Below the pieces are notes generated by a model. That model worked only from the letters and a program-made list of their open reading frames with translations, had not been told where the DNA came from and did no database searches. The translations under genes and the position numbers were made by a program. 37,352 nucleotides of DNA, taken from NCBI GenBank assembly GCA_043818055.1, contig JBDRGF010000058.1:1-37352 (forward strand). The letters are read 5' to 3'. Origin of the DNA: Pseudomonadota bacterium. Its GTDB lineage: Bacteria > UBA10199 > 2-02-FULL-44-16 > JBDRGF01. This document shows, in pieces, positions 8,056-16,875 of the stretch; positions within the stretch are counted from its first letter, which is position 1, and each line of letters opens with the position of its first letter.

Positions 8056-9986
8056 AAAAGATGTATATCACAACAGCTATCGACTACGTCAACAGCCTGC
8101 CTCATATCGGAACAGCATACGAAAAGATCGGCGCAGATGTTCTCGCCCGCTATTACAGGTTGCAGGGTTATGACGTTTATTTTCAGATGGGGAACGATGA
8201 ACACAGCGTGAATGTTTTCAAAGCTGCGCTGAATCAGAAGCTCGATCCGCATGAATACTGCAAACAGATGCGCAAGAAATTCGAAGATGTTTGGAAGCAG
8301 CTCGATATCTCGTACGACTATTTTATTCAGACCAGCGACGAGACGCACAAAACGGGGTTGCAAAAGCTCTGCGATATAATCCTGAAAAAGGGAGATATTT
8401 TCAAGTCCCGCTACGAGGGTTGGTACTGCGAATCGTGCGAAGCATTTTATACCGATAAAGATCTGGTCGGGGGCGAGTGTCCCAACCACAAATCAAAACC
8501 AAAATGGCTTTCAGAGGAAAATTATTTCTTCAAACTTTCAAAATATCGCGACCCTCTTCTCAAGCACATCAAAAAGCATCCCGATTTCATATTGCCTGAG
8601 AGCAGGCGAAACGAGATCTTAAATCTTTTGGAGAGTGGACTTAATGATATCAGCATTTCGAGATCATCGGTAGAGTGGGGAGTTGAACTTCCGGCAGATC
8701 CGAAGGAAAAAATTTACGTGTGGGTCGATGCCCTGACAAATTACATCACCGGCATCGGCTATGGGAGTGATGAACAGAAATTTAAAAAATGGTGGCCCGC
8801 CCAGCTTCACATAATCGGCAAGGATATCACCCGCTTTCATTGTGTCGTCTGGCCCGCCCTGCTTATGAGTGCTGGCTTGGAACTTCCCAAGACCATCTTT
8901 GGCCACGGTTTCATCCACATGAAGGGTGAGAAGATGAGCAAGACACTTGGAAATGTAATAAGGCCGCTCGATGTCACAGATAATCATGGCGCCGACCCAC
9001 TGAGATATTTTCTCTTGAGGGAGGCAGGATTTGGCAGGGATGGCGATTTCACGTGGGAGACCTTTATAAATCGCTACAACGCTGAACTTGCTAACGGCTT
9101 GGGAAATTTTGTGAGCAGGACGCTTGGGATGATCAGGCGATATCAGGATGGAAAGGTTGAGCCTGTGAAGGTGAGCGGCGAGATGGAGGATGCACTCATC
9201 AAAAATATCACATCCATCGCACCGGCTGTAGAACGAGCCCTTGATCACACGACGGGAGAGATCGATTTTCATGTTGCGCTCGCCGCCATTCAGGAGGGAA
9301 TCGCTCACTGCGACAGATACATAAACGAAAAGAAACCGTGGGTATTGGCGAAGGAGGCAAAGGGCGAAGAGATAGCAAAGGTGCTCTTTGTTTTGATGGA
9401 GGCAATTCGAATCATCGTCACACTTTTGATTCCCTTCATTCCATCAACTTCAAAAAAAATCTGGTCGGTCTGCGGTTTCGATGCGATTAAATCGTTTGAT
9501 GAGATTTCATGGCAAGACGCGACGAAATCGAAAATGATAGAGACTGAAATTGTTGTGAAGGAATCGGATTCTTTCTTCCCGAGGATAGAAAAAGAAGAAG
9601 AGCCCAAAAAGGAAGAGGAAAAAGTTGTCGAAAGCCAAAAAAAAGGAGGAAGTAAGATGTTAGAGCAGATCTCCATAATGGATTTTGCAAAAGTTGATTT
9701 GAGGGTGGCAAAAATTTTAGAGGCCTCGCGCATCGAGGGGACAGACAGGCTGATGAAGATCACGGTTACGCTTGGCGATGAAGAGAGACAGATAGTAGCG
9801 GGAATCGCCCAGCATTACACAGCCGAGGATCTGAAAGATAAGATGGTAGTAGTGGTTGCGAATTTGCAGCCGGCAAAGTTAAAAGGGGTCGAATCTCACG
9901 GCATGCTGCTCGCGGCATCCGATGACAATACAGTTTCGATACTGACGCCATTCAAAGATGTGAAAGTTGGGTCGAAGGTGAAATAG
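8052..9986 (+). CDS. metG: Methionyl-tRNA synthetase with C-terminal tRNA-binding domain
   Basis: YITTAIDY.N..PHIG, CESCE zinc knuckle, YVWVDAL, GKDI.RFH, KMSKT, C-terminal OB domain (NLQPAKL.GVES.GMLL). Confidence 0.97.
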   Translation: MKKMYITTAIDYVNSLPHIGTAYEKIGADVLARYYRLQGYDVYFQMGNDEHSVNVFKAALNQKLDPHEYCKQMRKKFEDVWKQLDISYDYFIQTSDETHKTGLQKLCDIILKKGDIFKSRYEGWYCESCEAFYTDKDLVGGECPNHKSKPKWLSEENYFFKLSKYRDPLLKHIKKHPDFILPESRRNEILNLLESGLNDISISRSSVEWGVELPADPKEKIYVWVDALTNYITGIGYGSDEQKFKKWWPAQLHIIGKDITRFHCVVWPALLMSAGLELPKTIFGHGFIHMKGEKMSKTLGNVIRPLDVTDNHGADPLRYFLLREAGFGRDGDFTWETFINRYNAELANGLGNFVSRTLGMIRRYQDGKVEPVKVSGEMEDALIKNITSIAPAVERALDHTTGEIDFHVALAAIQEGIAHCDRYINEKKPWVLAKEAKGEEIAKVLFVLMEAIRIIVTLLIPFIPSTSKKIWSVCGFDAIKSFDEISWQDATKSKMIETEIVVKESDSFFPRIEKEEEPKKEEEKVVESQKKGGSKMLEQISIMDFAKVDLRVAKILEASRIEGTDRLMKITVTLGDEERQIVAGIAQHYTAEDLKDKMVVVVANLQPAKLKGVESHGMLLAASDDNTVSILTPFKDVKVGSKVK

Positions 9987-10001
9987 GTAAAGGCGAACTA
10001 A

Positions 10002-10085
10002 TCCCCCTCCTTGCTAAGGAGGGGCTAGGGGAGGTGGTTTTTGATTTTCTTGACCCCCTCCAACTCCCCCTTATAAAGGGGGAGA
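10002..10085. repeat. G/C-run palindromic intergenic repeat
   Basis: CCCCTCCTT-GCT-AAGGAGGGG hairpin, GGGGAGGT/ACCCCCTCC arms and CTCCCCCTT-ATA-AAGGGGGAG hairpin; same architecture as 32531-32624. Confidence 0.8.
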
Positions 10086-10093
10086 GATTAAGG

Positions 10094-10762
10094 ATGTTTA
10101 TGAAAACTATTTTTTTCTTCTTATCCTTGATGTTTTTTCTCTCACCTGCCCTATATGCCGCCTCAGAAGAGTTGCCCAAGGCGCTCGACGACAGGCATCG
10201 ACACAATCATAAAAATCAGTTTGAGATATCGCTAAATGGTGGAGATTATCTTGGAGACCAGACCGGCAATTCATGGACGACTGGCGCCAAAGCATATTTC
10301 AGCTTCAACAGCATCGTGGGTGTGGGGGTGAATTATGCGTACACTCCACTTTCGGTAGATTCATCCAGCAATTTCGGACAATTTTTGAAGACGAAGGATA
10401 CACACATGCTTGATGCCGAGGTGATGCTCAATAACGCAGCAGCCTTTCGCGCGGGAAAGGTAATCGAATGTGATCTCTATCTTACGCTTGGAGTCGGTAC
10501 GATATGGATAGACAGAAAATACAAGCCGATGGGCATGGTAGGTGGCGGAATGAAGATATATGGAAAGCCCGACTGGCTCGCATTCAGGATCGATGTTAAC
10601 TCCTACCTCCATCCAACTCCCAACCCGGGCGGCGACAAGTTCAACGGCGATATGGCGATGACTCTCGGCATATCCTTTCTATTTCCAGTCAGACAACGCG
10701 TGATAGAATTCGAAGAGAAGGTTTCTATAGAAGAAGAGGTTAAGGAGACCTCTAAAAACTAG
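10094..10762 (+). CDS. Outer-membrane beta-barrel domain protein
   Basis: Signal peptide MKTIFFFLSLMFFLSPALYA; alternating beta-strand pattern (FEISLNGG, DLYLTLGVG, WLAFRIDV, MTLGISFLF). Start placed at ATG 10094 or 10100 rather than the ORF-track GTG inside the repeat. Confidence 0.75.
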   Translation: MFMKTIFFFLSLMFFLSPALYAASEELPKALDDRHRHNHKNQFEISLNGGDYLGDQTGNSWTTGAKAYFSFNSIVGVGVNYAYTPLSVDSSSNFGQFLKTKDTHMLDAEVMLNNAAAFRAGKVIECDLYLTLGVGTIWIDRKYKPMGMVGGGMKIYGKPDWLAFRIDVNSYLHPTPNPGGDKFNGDMAMTLGISFLFPVRQRVIEFEEKVSIEEEVKETSKN

Positions 10763-10809
10763 TTTTTTGAGTTAATAGGAGTTAATAGTCATTTTCGCGA
10801 AGAAGCCTG

Positions 10810-12309
10810 TTACCGAAATTGTTTGTATATCGAATCATTGTAGGGGAGCATTTTGGTACAGGAAGCCGTTTTCGGGAAGTCAGAGAACGGCTTTCTTTTT
10901 TGATATTCAAGGGTTGTGCCGTTCAAGGCCAAGTTCGAAAGTGTAAGATTTATGATTTGCCGTTTTTGATCGACTTTCGAACTCTCGAATAGGTCGTAAG
11001 CGCGGGAAGCCAGATCAAACAAGGTCAGGAGGGTAGTGTTGAACTTTTCGTCGGCTTCTGTATGCCGCCTCAAATCCTCGCCTAATTCATCTTGCCTATC
11101 CCTCAATTGAGTACACTTTTTGTCATACTCACTCTGTGTAATACTCACCTCTAATCTCATATCCAATAGGCGTTCGAGTTTCTTTTGTGTGAGATTATAT
11201 TCGCTATGGATTCGATTGATTGCCTCCTGATGATATTCCCTTTTGGCCAGAGCCGATTTATTCAGATGATTCTTGATTGCGCTTAAAACATCATCGGGAA
11301 TCTGAAAGCCTTTGAATATATCATTGACCTGATCCAAGACCTGCTCTTCACGCAGCCTCTTGCCTTCACAAGGGCCTTTCGATTTCGTGCAATGCAGATA
11401 GACATATTTTTCCTTCTTGAGATCGCTGGTAATCGTGCATCCGCAATGTGCGCACTTGATGAGGCCTCGAAAGATGAATGGCTTGTCGGAATATTTAAAC
11501 GGCTTCTTTTTCCAGCCGAGACGAATCTCCTGACAGCGGTCAAACAACTCTTTTGAAATAATCGGTTCATGCTTTGCGGGAAGAATTTGTCCTTTTATTC
11601 TCATAACACCATAGTAAAAAGGATTTTGTATCAGCTTGTGAATTTTGCTCGACGGCATCGGGCCGCCATAGCTTGTTTTAAGCCCCCACTGTTTTGCAAG
11701 ACCGGCCATCTCACGAACTGACCTACCGCCTTGACCATACTCCTGAAAGATTCGTTTAACCAAGAAGGCTCTTTCCGGATCTGGAACAACTTTCTTTTTG
11801 CCTGTAGCAGGATCGATGGTGTTTATGTAGCCAACAGGTGCCTTGCCGATCCATTCACCGTTTTTTATCTTGTGATTGATACTCCGCTTAACGTTATCGC
11901 TCAAGCTCAACACATAAGAATTTGCCATCAAGACAGCCATATTCCACATGAGGATCTGTGTGCCGCTCGATTCACGGTTGATGACAAGGTTTTCACGGCT
12001 GAAATGAAGTTCGATAGTCCCTTTGAGCCTATATTCCTCAAGCAAAACAGTTTCCCTGAAACTTCTCTGAAACCGATCCACAGCATCGCATACTATTGCC
12101 ACCGTCTCCTTTTGCTTCTTCGCAAAGGCAAGCATCTGGTGAAATTCTTTCCGGTCGCCCTGTGTGGATGATTCGATAATTGTGAAGACCTTTAAGACCT
12201 TGAACTGTTTCCGCTGGCAGTATTCCTTGAGCCTCGCAATCTGGGCATTGATAGAGTGGCCTTCCTCCTGTTCCCTTGTTGATACTCTGGCAAGAATGAT
12301 TGATTTCAT
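10810..12309 (-). CDS. Large serine recombinase (integrase)
   Basis: ILARVST..Q..G.S...Q catalytic motif, DRFQR, G.W.GKAP.GY, recombinase domain NPFYYG..HEPIIS.ELF, zinc ribbon CAHCG..YLHC, coiled coil. Start set at MKSII (12309; AAGGCGG upstream), 499 aa; last 10 aa are host-derived. Confidence 0.95.
   Translation of the reverse strand: MKSIILARVSTREQEEGHSINAQIARLKEYCQRKQFKVLKVFTIIESSTQGDRKEFHQMLAFAKKQKETVAIVCDAVDRFQRSFRETVLLEEYRLKGTIELHFSRENLVINRESSGTQILMWNMAVLMANSYVLSLSDNVKRSINHKIKNGEWIGKAPVGYINTIDPATGKKKVVPDPERAFLVKRIFQEYGQGGRSVREMAGLAKQWGLKTSYGGPMPSSKIHKLIQNPFYYGVMRIKGQILPAKHEPIISKELFDRCQEIRLGWKKKPFKYSDKPFIFRGLIKCAHCGCTITSDLKKEKYVYLHCTKSKGPCEGKRLREEQVLDQVNDIFKGFQIPDDVLSAIKNHLNKSALAKREYHQEAINRIHSEYNLTQKKLERLLDMRLEVSITQSEYDKKCTQLRDRQDELGEDLRRHTEADEKFNTTLLTLFDLASRAYDLFESSKVDQKRQIINLTLSNLALNGTTLEYQKRKPFSDFPKTASCTKMLPYNDSIYKQFR
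10834..10860. other. Left attachment junction (core GGGGAG 10843-10848)
   Basis: Host ...ATCATTGTA|GGGGAG|CATTTTGGTACA... element; the core equals LSR codons Leu-Pro on the minus strand. Confidence 0.8.
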
Positions 12310-12401
12310 AAAACCGCCTTTTGAGCAGCATATTGCCATACTAATGGCCATTACTGAAGGTCCTTATTATGCCGATAGTTCAAATGGTTACGGTTGACAT
12401 T

Positions 12402-12467
12402 AATTATGCCACAACCTGTGGCAAAATTGCCGTTCTCCTCAATTGGGCAACCGCCCGTTGCCCTTTT
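12402..12467. repeat. Two 27-bp palindromic units (39-bp period) matching the yhcG internal repeat
   Basis: AATT-ATGCCAC-AACCT-GTGGCAA-AATT (12402-12428) and AATT-GGGCAAC-CGCCC-GTTGCCC-TTTT (12441-12467); 12439-12467 is 26/29 identical to 14435-14463. Confidence 0.8.
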
Positions 12468-12472
12468 GTCCA

Positions 12473-13015
12473 TCAATGCAAAATCAAATCTTCACGGAAC
12501 GGTTCATTTGCAAGCTTCTTCATAGCCTCAATCGAATAGTTCCAACTGAGGTTCTTTTGCGGTATTCTGTTCATCTCGCGAATCGTCTTCTGCATGTTAC
12601 ATTTCTCAACTCCATCATCCCTCAAAATATAGAACTGGTAATGCCTAATAAGATCGTTAATATTTCCAAGCACGCGCTTACTCGTACTACGCCCAACCTT
12701 GAAAACGCTGCCAACTTCCTTCGCTTTTCTGATCCACTCCGCTGAGAATCCTTCGGACAGCAAGGCATCGTAGAATGCGCTGTTGAACACCGCCGGAAGT
12801 TCATTCTTGAGCGTTGCCCTCGCAACATTGAATACGACGAAAGAAAACAGCGTTGCATCATTTACGAATATAATACCGTGATTACGAGAAACCCCAATGA
12901 CATGTGCATGCCAGTTACCAAGAGGCGAAATCGATACAGCATTATCGGATGCCAGTTGGTTCTCTGGAAGATCCAGCTTTTTTAACAATTTTTGCGTACA
13001 ACGTAATATCAGCAT
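12473..13015 (-). CDS. Hypothetical protein, DUF6933-like
   Basis: MLILRCTQKLLKKL, LGNWHAH, FVND.TLF, T.SKRVLG.IND, N.IP pattern recalled from DUF6933 proteins. Confidence 0.7.
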   Translation of the reverse strand: MLILRCTQKLLKKLDLPENQLASDNAVSISPLGNWHAHVIGVSRNHGIIFVNDATLFSFVVFNVARATLKNELPAVFNSAFYDALLSEGFSAEWIRKAKEVGSVFKVGRSTSKRVLGNINDLIRHYQFYILRDDGVEKCNMQKTIREMNRIPQKNLSWNYSIEAMKKLANEPFREDLILH

Positions 13016-13018
13016 CTT

Positions 13019-13591
13019 TTATCCTTTTTCAGAATCAATGTGCATCATCTTTTCACGACAACACCATTTGAATTTTTTGCCACTGCCGCATATGCAAGGA
13101 GAATAAGGATCAATATTCTTGATATTCAAGCGGAGATTTTCTCCTGCATAATCTTTATTTGCGCCTTTAATAACCTTCCATATTTTATGGGTTGGATTTT
13201 TTAAGGCAGTCTTTACCATTTTATAGTGTTCTTCTAAACGGTCGATGAAAATAGTGTCCATCAGAAGGACTTCCTTGAAGAGTTTTAATAATGCCGATGA
13301 ATACTCAGATTGAACGTTCAACTCGTCTAGAAAAGATTGTTCTTTTATATCATCATCCGGCAGCGGAGGTTCAAAGGAGTGATTGATGGTCGCTAAATGT
13401 TTCGCAGGCTTTTCAGAAACCACGTTGAACATTACTCGGCTACAATCACAATTCGGGTCAACGCAATAAAGTTCAACAAAGCCATAATTTCCTTTTGGCA
13501 AACCATCTTGTTCTTTAAAAACAGTGATTGTCCTTGTTTCTTCCAGCCCAATATCCGGAAATAGCTGGTGAAACATCATCATGCCTTCCAT
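13019..13591 (-). CDS. SEC-C motif protein
   Basis: C-terminal PCICGSGKKFKWCC; N-terminal ELYC.DP.CDC.RV cluster. Start set at MEGMMMF (13591; AGAGGTG RBS). Confidence 0.8.
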   Translation of the reverse strand: MEGMMMFHQLFPDIGLEETRTITVFKEQDGLPKGNYGFVELYCVDPNCDCSRVMFNVVSEKPAKHLATINHSFEPPLPDDDIKEQSFLDELNVQSEYSSALLKLFKEVLLMDTIFIDRLEEHYKMVKTALKNPTHKIWKVIKGANKDYAGENLRLNIKNIDPYSPCICGSGKKFKWCCREKMMHIDSEKG

Positions 13592-13661
13592 AAAACACCT
13601 CTTTACTGTTTTAATGTGGTAATAACCCGCTCTTATTACCACATTAATTGTTTCTATTACC

Positions 13662-14807
13662 CTATTTCGCCTTCCCTCGTTTTTTCCGAGTCTTTCTTTC
13701 GCCTGATAACTCCGACTCAATTTGTTTAACCGAAGGTAAGCTGCTTTTTAATTTAGCAGGAAGTTTTTGTGTCAGTTCATATCCAGATACGCCAATCGGT
13801 TTGTGAATATCGCGCAAGGCGTATTCGGCAAGTATCCGATCGCGATCCTGGCATAAAATCAGTCCTATTGTCGGATTGTCATTTTCGTCTCTCAGCTTGT
13901 CATCTACCACGCTGCAATAAAAATTCATCTTTCCGGCGTGTTCCGGTTTGAAGGGACCTTTTTTAAGTTCAATGACGATGTAAGAACGAAGTTTTAAATG
14001 ATAGAATAGGAGATCGATGTAGAAATCGTTTTCACTTACCTCAACATGATACTGACGTCCTACAAACGCAAAACCTTGTCCAAGCTCAATCAGAAATTTT
14101 TCAAGATGCTTGATGAGACCGGTTTCCAATTCACGTTCATGGAAGGGTTCCTCCAATGTCATAAAATCGAAAATGTACGGATCCTTGAGTGTTTGCTGTA
14201 CAAGGTCAGATTGAGGAGCAGGCAGGCGCGTCTTGAAATTCGATGTCGCCTTGCCATGACGTTTGTGGACGCTCGATTTTATCATGGCAACCAATACATC
14301 ACGACTCCAGCCCTGTTCCAACACTTGTTGCATGTACCAATATCGAATGCCCAGATCTTTAATCTTCTGCATCAGAACGATGTTATGTGCCCAAGGTATT
14401 TGTGAAACGAGCTGTTTCACTTTTTCGGCATCGTTCAATTGGGCAACCGGCGGTTGGCCTTTTTCAGTGGCTTGCAATTGGCCAACTGGCCGTTGGCTAA
14501 TTGAGATAACACCTTGATATTCCTTGTAAAATTGAACCATGAGCTTAAGATTCGTAACTGAAAACCCTTTGATTTCAGGGAGTTCATTATGAAGGTCTTT
14601 CGCCAACCTTGGTAATACACCAGCTCCCCAGCCTTCCTGATCTTGTCGTTCTGAAATCATCCAACCCACATCCCAATAGGTTGCAAGCATTTCCGAATTG
14701 GCTGCCCACATCGCCCGCGTCTGTCCTTGCCTGATTCTATTTTTGATCTCATCAAGGAGCTGGCCGTAATAAGCAAGATCAGATTTTTTGGTTAAAGCTT
14801 TTGTCAT
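13662..14807 (-). CDS. YhcG/DUF1016 PD-(D/E)xK nuclease family protein
   Basis: YWDVG, WG..V...LAKDL, KGFS..NL..M.QFY, KDPY.FDF, ELG.GFAFVGRQ, DLLFYH, VIELK, G.MNFY, PTIGLILC. Confidence 0.93.
   Translation of the reverse strand: MTKALTKKSDLAYYGQLLDEIKNRIRQGQTRAMWAANSEMLATYWDVGWMISERQDQEGWGAGVLPRLAKDLHNELPEIKGFSVTNLKLMVQFYKEYQGVISISQRPVGQLQATEKGQPPVAQLNDAEKVKQLVSQIPWAHNIVLMQKIKDLGIRYWYMQQVLEQGWSRDVLVAMIKSSVHKRHGKATSNFKTRLPAPQSDLVQQTLKDPYIFDFMTLEEPFHERELETGLIKHLEKFLIELGQGFAFVGRQYHVEVSENDFYIDLLFYHLKLRSYIVIELKKGPFKPEHAGKMNFYCSVVDDKLRDENDNPTIGLILCQDRDRILAEYALRDIHKPIGVSGYELTQKLPAKLKSSLPSVKQIESELSGERKTRKKRGKAK
14397..14502. repeat. Three in-frame 7-5-7 palindromic units, 39-bp period, inside yhcG
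   Basis: GTGAAAC-GAGCT-GTTTCAC (14402-14420), GGGCAAC-CGGCG-GTTGGCC (14441-14459), GGCCAAC-TGGCC-GTTGGCT (14480-14498). Confidence 0.85.
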
Positions 14808-15301
14808 GGAGTTGCCTCCTTAATAATCTCCTGAGTTTTATTCCTTTGATTAGCCCATTCGAGAAAATATCTACCGAACTCGCGATTCAGCGTTCTAACC
14901 CATTCAACAACATTCTCTCCTTGGGAGATGAGTTTATCAAAACATTTCCCGTAATATTCTTTATGAAAGTGATAAACGCCGTGCCGATATATTTTTAGGA
15001 GTTCAAGATTCTTCGATGCTATCAAATTGTCTATTACAGAGTCAGTTAGGCCAAGTTTTTCCCATCCTGCACATACAACATAAAGGCCAGCGTACCAGAG
15101 GCTCATGTACATTAATTGTTCAATATCGTTACCTGGTTTTGATTTGTTCTCCTCTTTAAAACATTCATCAAAATGCGTTCTCATTCTATTGGCCCAAATG
15201 AAGTAGCGGTGTAGTGTGAGAACTGCGAATTGATTTTTGAGGTGCGATATTTCGTTCTGCTTCTCCTCTCGTTTAGCTTTATTAGGTGATTCAATATTCA
15301 T
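14804..15301 (-). CDS. Hypothetical protein with HEPN-like Rx4H motif
   Basis: Helical-looking ~165 aa protein with YRHGVYH near the C-terminus; stop overlaps the yhcG start (ATGA). Start ATG 15301 or TTG 15307. Confidence 0.6.
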   Translation of the reverse strand: MNIESPNKAKREEKQNEISHLKNQFAVLTLHRYFIWANRMRTHFDECFKEENKSKPGNDIEQLMYMSLWYAGLYVVCAGWEKLGLTDSVIDNLIASKNLELLKIYRHGVYHFHKEYYGKCFDKLISQGENVVEWVRTLNREFGRYFLEWANQRNKTQEIIKEATP

Positions 15302-15328
15302 TACCAAAACCCTTTTGCCACTGGGGGG

Positions 15329-15769
15329 CTATCTTCCTGCATCTTTTGCTGCTTTTTCGATCCACTTTCCCATATTTTTATAGCCATCATTTTTATTCCA
15401 TAAATAAAAATCATATCCTTCAGGAATTCGACCACACCTTTCAGAAGTTTTGCCCTGTAAATCTTTTATTTTGCTGATATCTATGCCGAGCAATCCATTA
15501 CCTCTTTTAATGCTCTGACTAATTTCGTATTTTACCCACCTACTGTTGCAGGTTTTTTCGCCAACAAGTACGACGGTGACAGACGTTCCCTCTAATTGTT
15601 TATTAATCCATCCCTTGATAGCAACATCACCTTTCCTTTTTATTGCTTCAAAACTTGCGGCATCAACAAAACCTGCGGCTTCTCTTTCTTGCGTAACCCA
15701 GCTGTTTCTTACAACCATTGCTCTGGACACGTCTTTATATTTAAAACTGAAAAAGACTTTTCTGGCCAT
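15329..15769 (-). CDS. TIR domain protein (DUF1863 / Thoeris ThsB-like)
   Basis: RKVFFSF.Y, WI..QL.GTSVTVVLVG..T..SRWVKYEI..S...GNGLLGI; catalytic Glu present. Confidence 0.9.
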   Translation of the reverse strand: MARKVFFSFKYKDVSRAMVVRNSWVTQEREAAGFVDAASFEAIKRKGDVAIKGWINKQLEGTSVTVVLVGEKTCNSRWVKYEISQSIKRGNGLLGIDISKIKDLQGKTSERCGRIPEGYDFYLWNKNDGYKNMGKWIEKAAKDAGR

Positions 15770-15772
15770 ATG

Positions 15773-16204
15773 TTAATCTCCCTTCGATGCAAAGAATTGC
15801 AAATATACAAATAATCCTACCACCACTATAATCAGAGCTAGATATAATTTTATAATGGTAGTTGAAATAAGAACACAGCGGTATCTACACTTTCCTTCGG
15901 TGTATAGATCAGGCCTCATTTCGAATGGTTTTAGCTGTTTAGGATTTTCAGATATTCCGGCCACATCATTGTACAGTGCTCGGAATTTTCTTTCTTGAGT
16001 CAGGTAGTAGGAATCTAAGAACCAAAATATTATAATTGGGAAAACGCTGACGAGGATGAAGTAGTTATTATTTGTTGCCGCATAAACGGCCAGCAGCGCT
16101 GAAGTAATAGCTACAGTCCACTCCTTTATTTGAAAAGAGTTCGTATTCATTCTTGTGATTACATTCTGAATAAACTCTAAATGCTTTATTTTTTCGTCTG
16201 TCAT
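15773..16204 (-). CDS. Small membrane protein between two TIR genes
   Basis: 143 aa; HLEFIQ.VI.RM..NSF.IK.W then three hydrophobic segments and FWFLDSYYL..ER.FR.LY; AAGGAG RBS. Confidence 0.75.
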   Translation of the reverse strand: MTDEKIKHLEFIQNVITRMNTNSFQIKEWTVAITSALLAVYAATNNNYFILVSVFPIIIFWFLDSYYLTQERKFRALYNDVAGISENPKQLKPFEMRPDLYTEGKCRYRCVLISTTIIKLYLALIIVVVGLFVYLQFFASKGD

Positions 16205-16241
16205 ATAATCTCCTTATCAACCACAGGTGATATGTGATCCC

Positions 16242-16874
16242 TTAATAAATATGAGTAGTGTCATGAACTTTACACTTCAAATTTCGCCATATCATCTCTT
16301 GTGGATTGTCTATGAGATAAGATTTATTTAAAGATTGATTGTAAGCTTCCTCAATCCATTGTCTCAATTGTTCAGAATTGGTGGGCCATTTATAATATCT
16401 AGCGTATGAGATATCGGCCAAGTCAAAAAAGTGATTTTTTGAGAATCTGTCTGGCCTGTAGTGCCCAATGACATTTCCATATATATCAAAAGGAGGTGGC
16501 ACTTCTAGACCTAAAAGACCGTTTGGAAGGCCATTGGCCGGTTGTCGGAGAGAGCTTTTTATTTCCCAATCAACATATTTCCGACTATGAGTACACTGTC
16601 CAATCACCACAATAGTAACAGAAGTATCCTGAATGTATCTTTTTCTAATTTGCGAAATAATATATTCAGAGTCAGTACTATCCACAAAGTCATCTTCATC
16701 CTTAACGCCAACAACGCGAGGTATGAATGCGCCTGTTCCAGGTTGCCCATAATCATCAACCAGTTGTTTCACCCAATCCTTATCGCCCTTGTAATAAGAT
16801 ATAAAAACCTTCCTTCTAGGTAGGAGGTCTATCAAGTTTTCGTAAAGAAATGGATTTCTATCAAAAAGCCCCAT
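16242..16874 (-). CDS. TIR domain protein (DUF1863 / Thoeris ThsB-like)
   Basis: RRKVFISYY..D, IR..YI.DTSVTIVVIG.CT.SRKYVDWEI.SSL, NGLLG; catalytic Glu present. Confidence 0.9.
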   Translation of the reverse strand: MGLFDRNPFLYENLIDLLPRRKVFISYYKGDKDWVKQLVDDYGQPGTGAFIPRVVGVKDEDDFVDSTDSEYIISQIRKRYIQDTSVTIVVIGQCTHSRKYVDWEIKSSLRQPANGLPNGLLGLEVPPPFDIYGNVIGHYRPDRFSKNHFFDLADISYARYYKWPTNSEQLRQWIEEAYNQSLNKSYLIDNPQEMIWRNLKCKVHDTTHIY

Positions 16875-16875
16875 G

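Noticed and set aside
10034..10093. Extended N-terminus of the OMP gene from the ORF track
   Set aside because: Lies within a palindromic repeat; the signal peptide begins at 10094/10100.
12394..12428. Plus-strand sigma70 promoter from TTGACA at 12394
   Set aside because: No acceptable -10 box at 16-18 bp spacing.
14397..14502. CRISPR-like array
   Set aside because: Only three degenerate units with 12-bp spacers, in frame within a gene, and no cas genes in the window.
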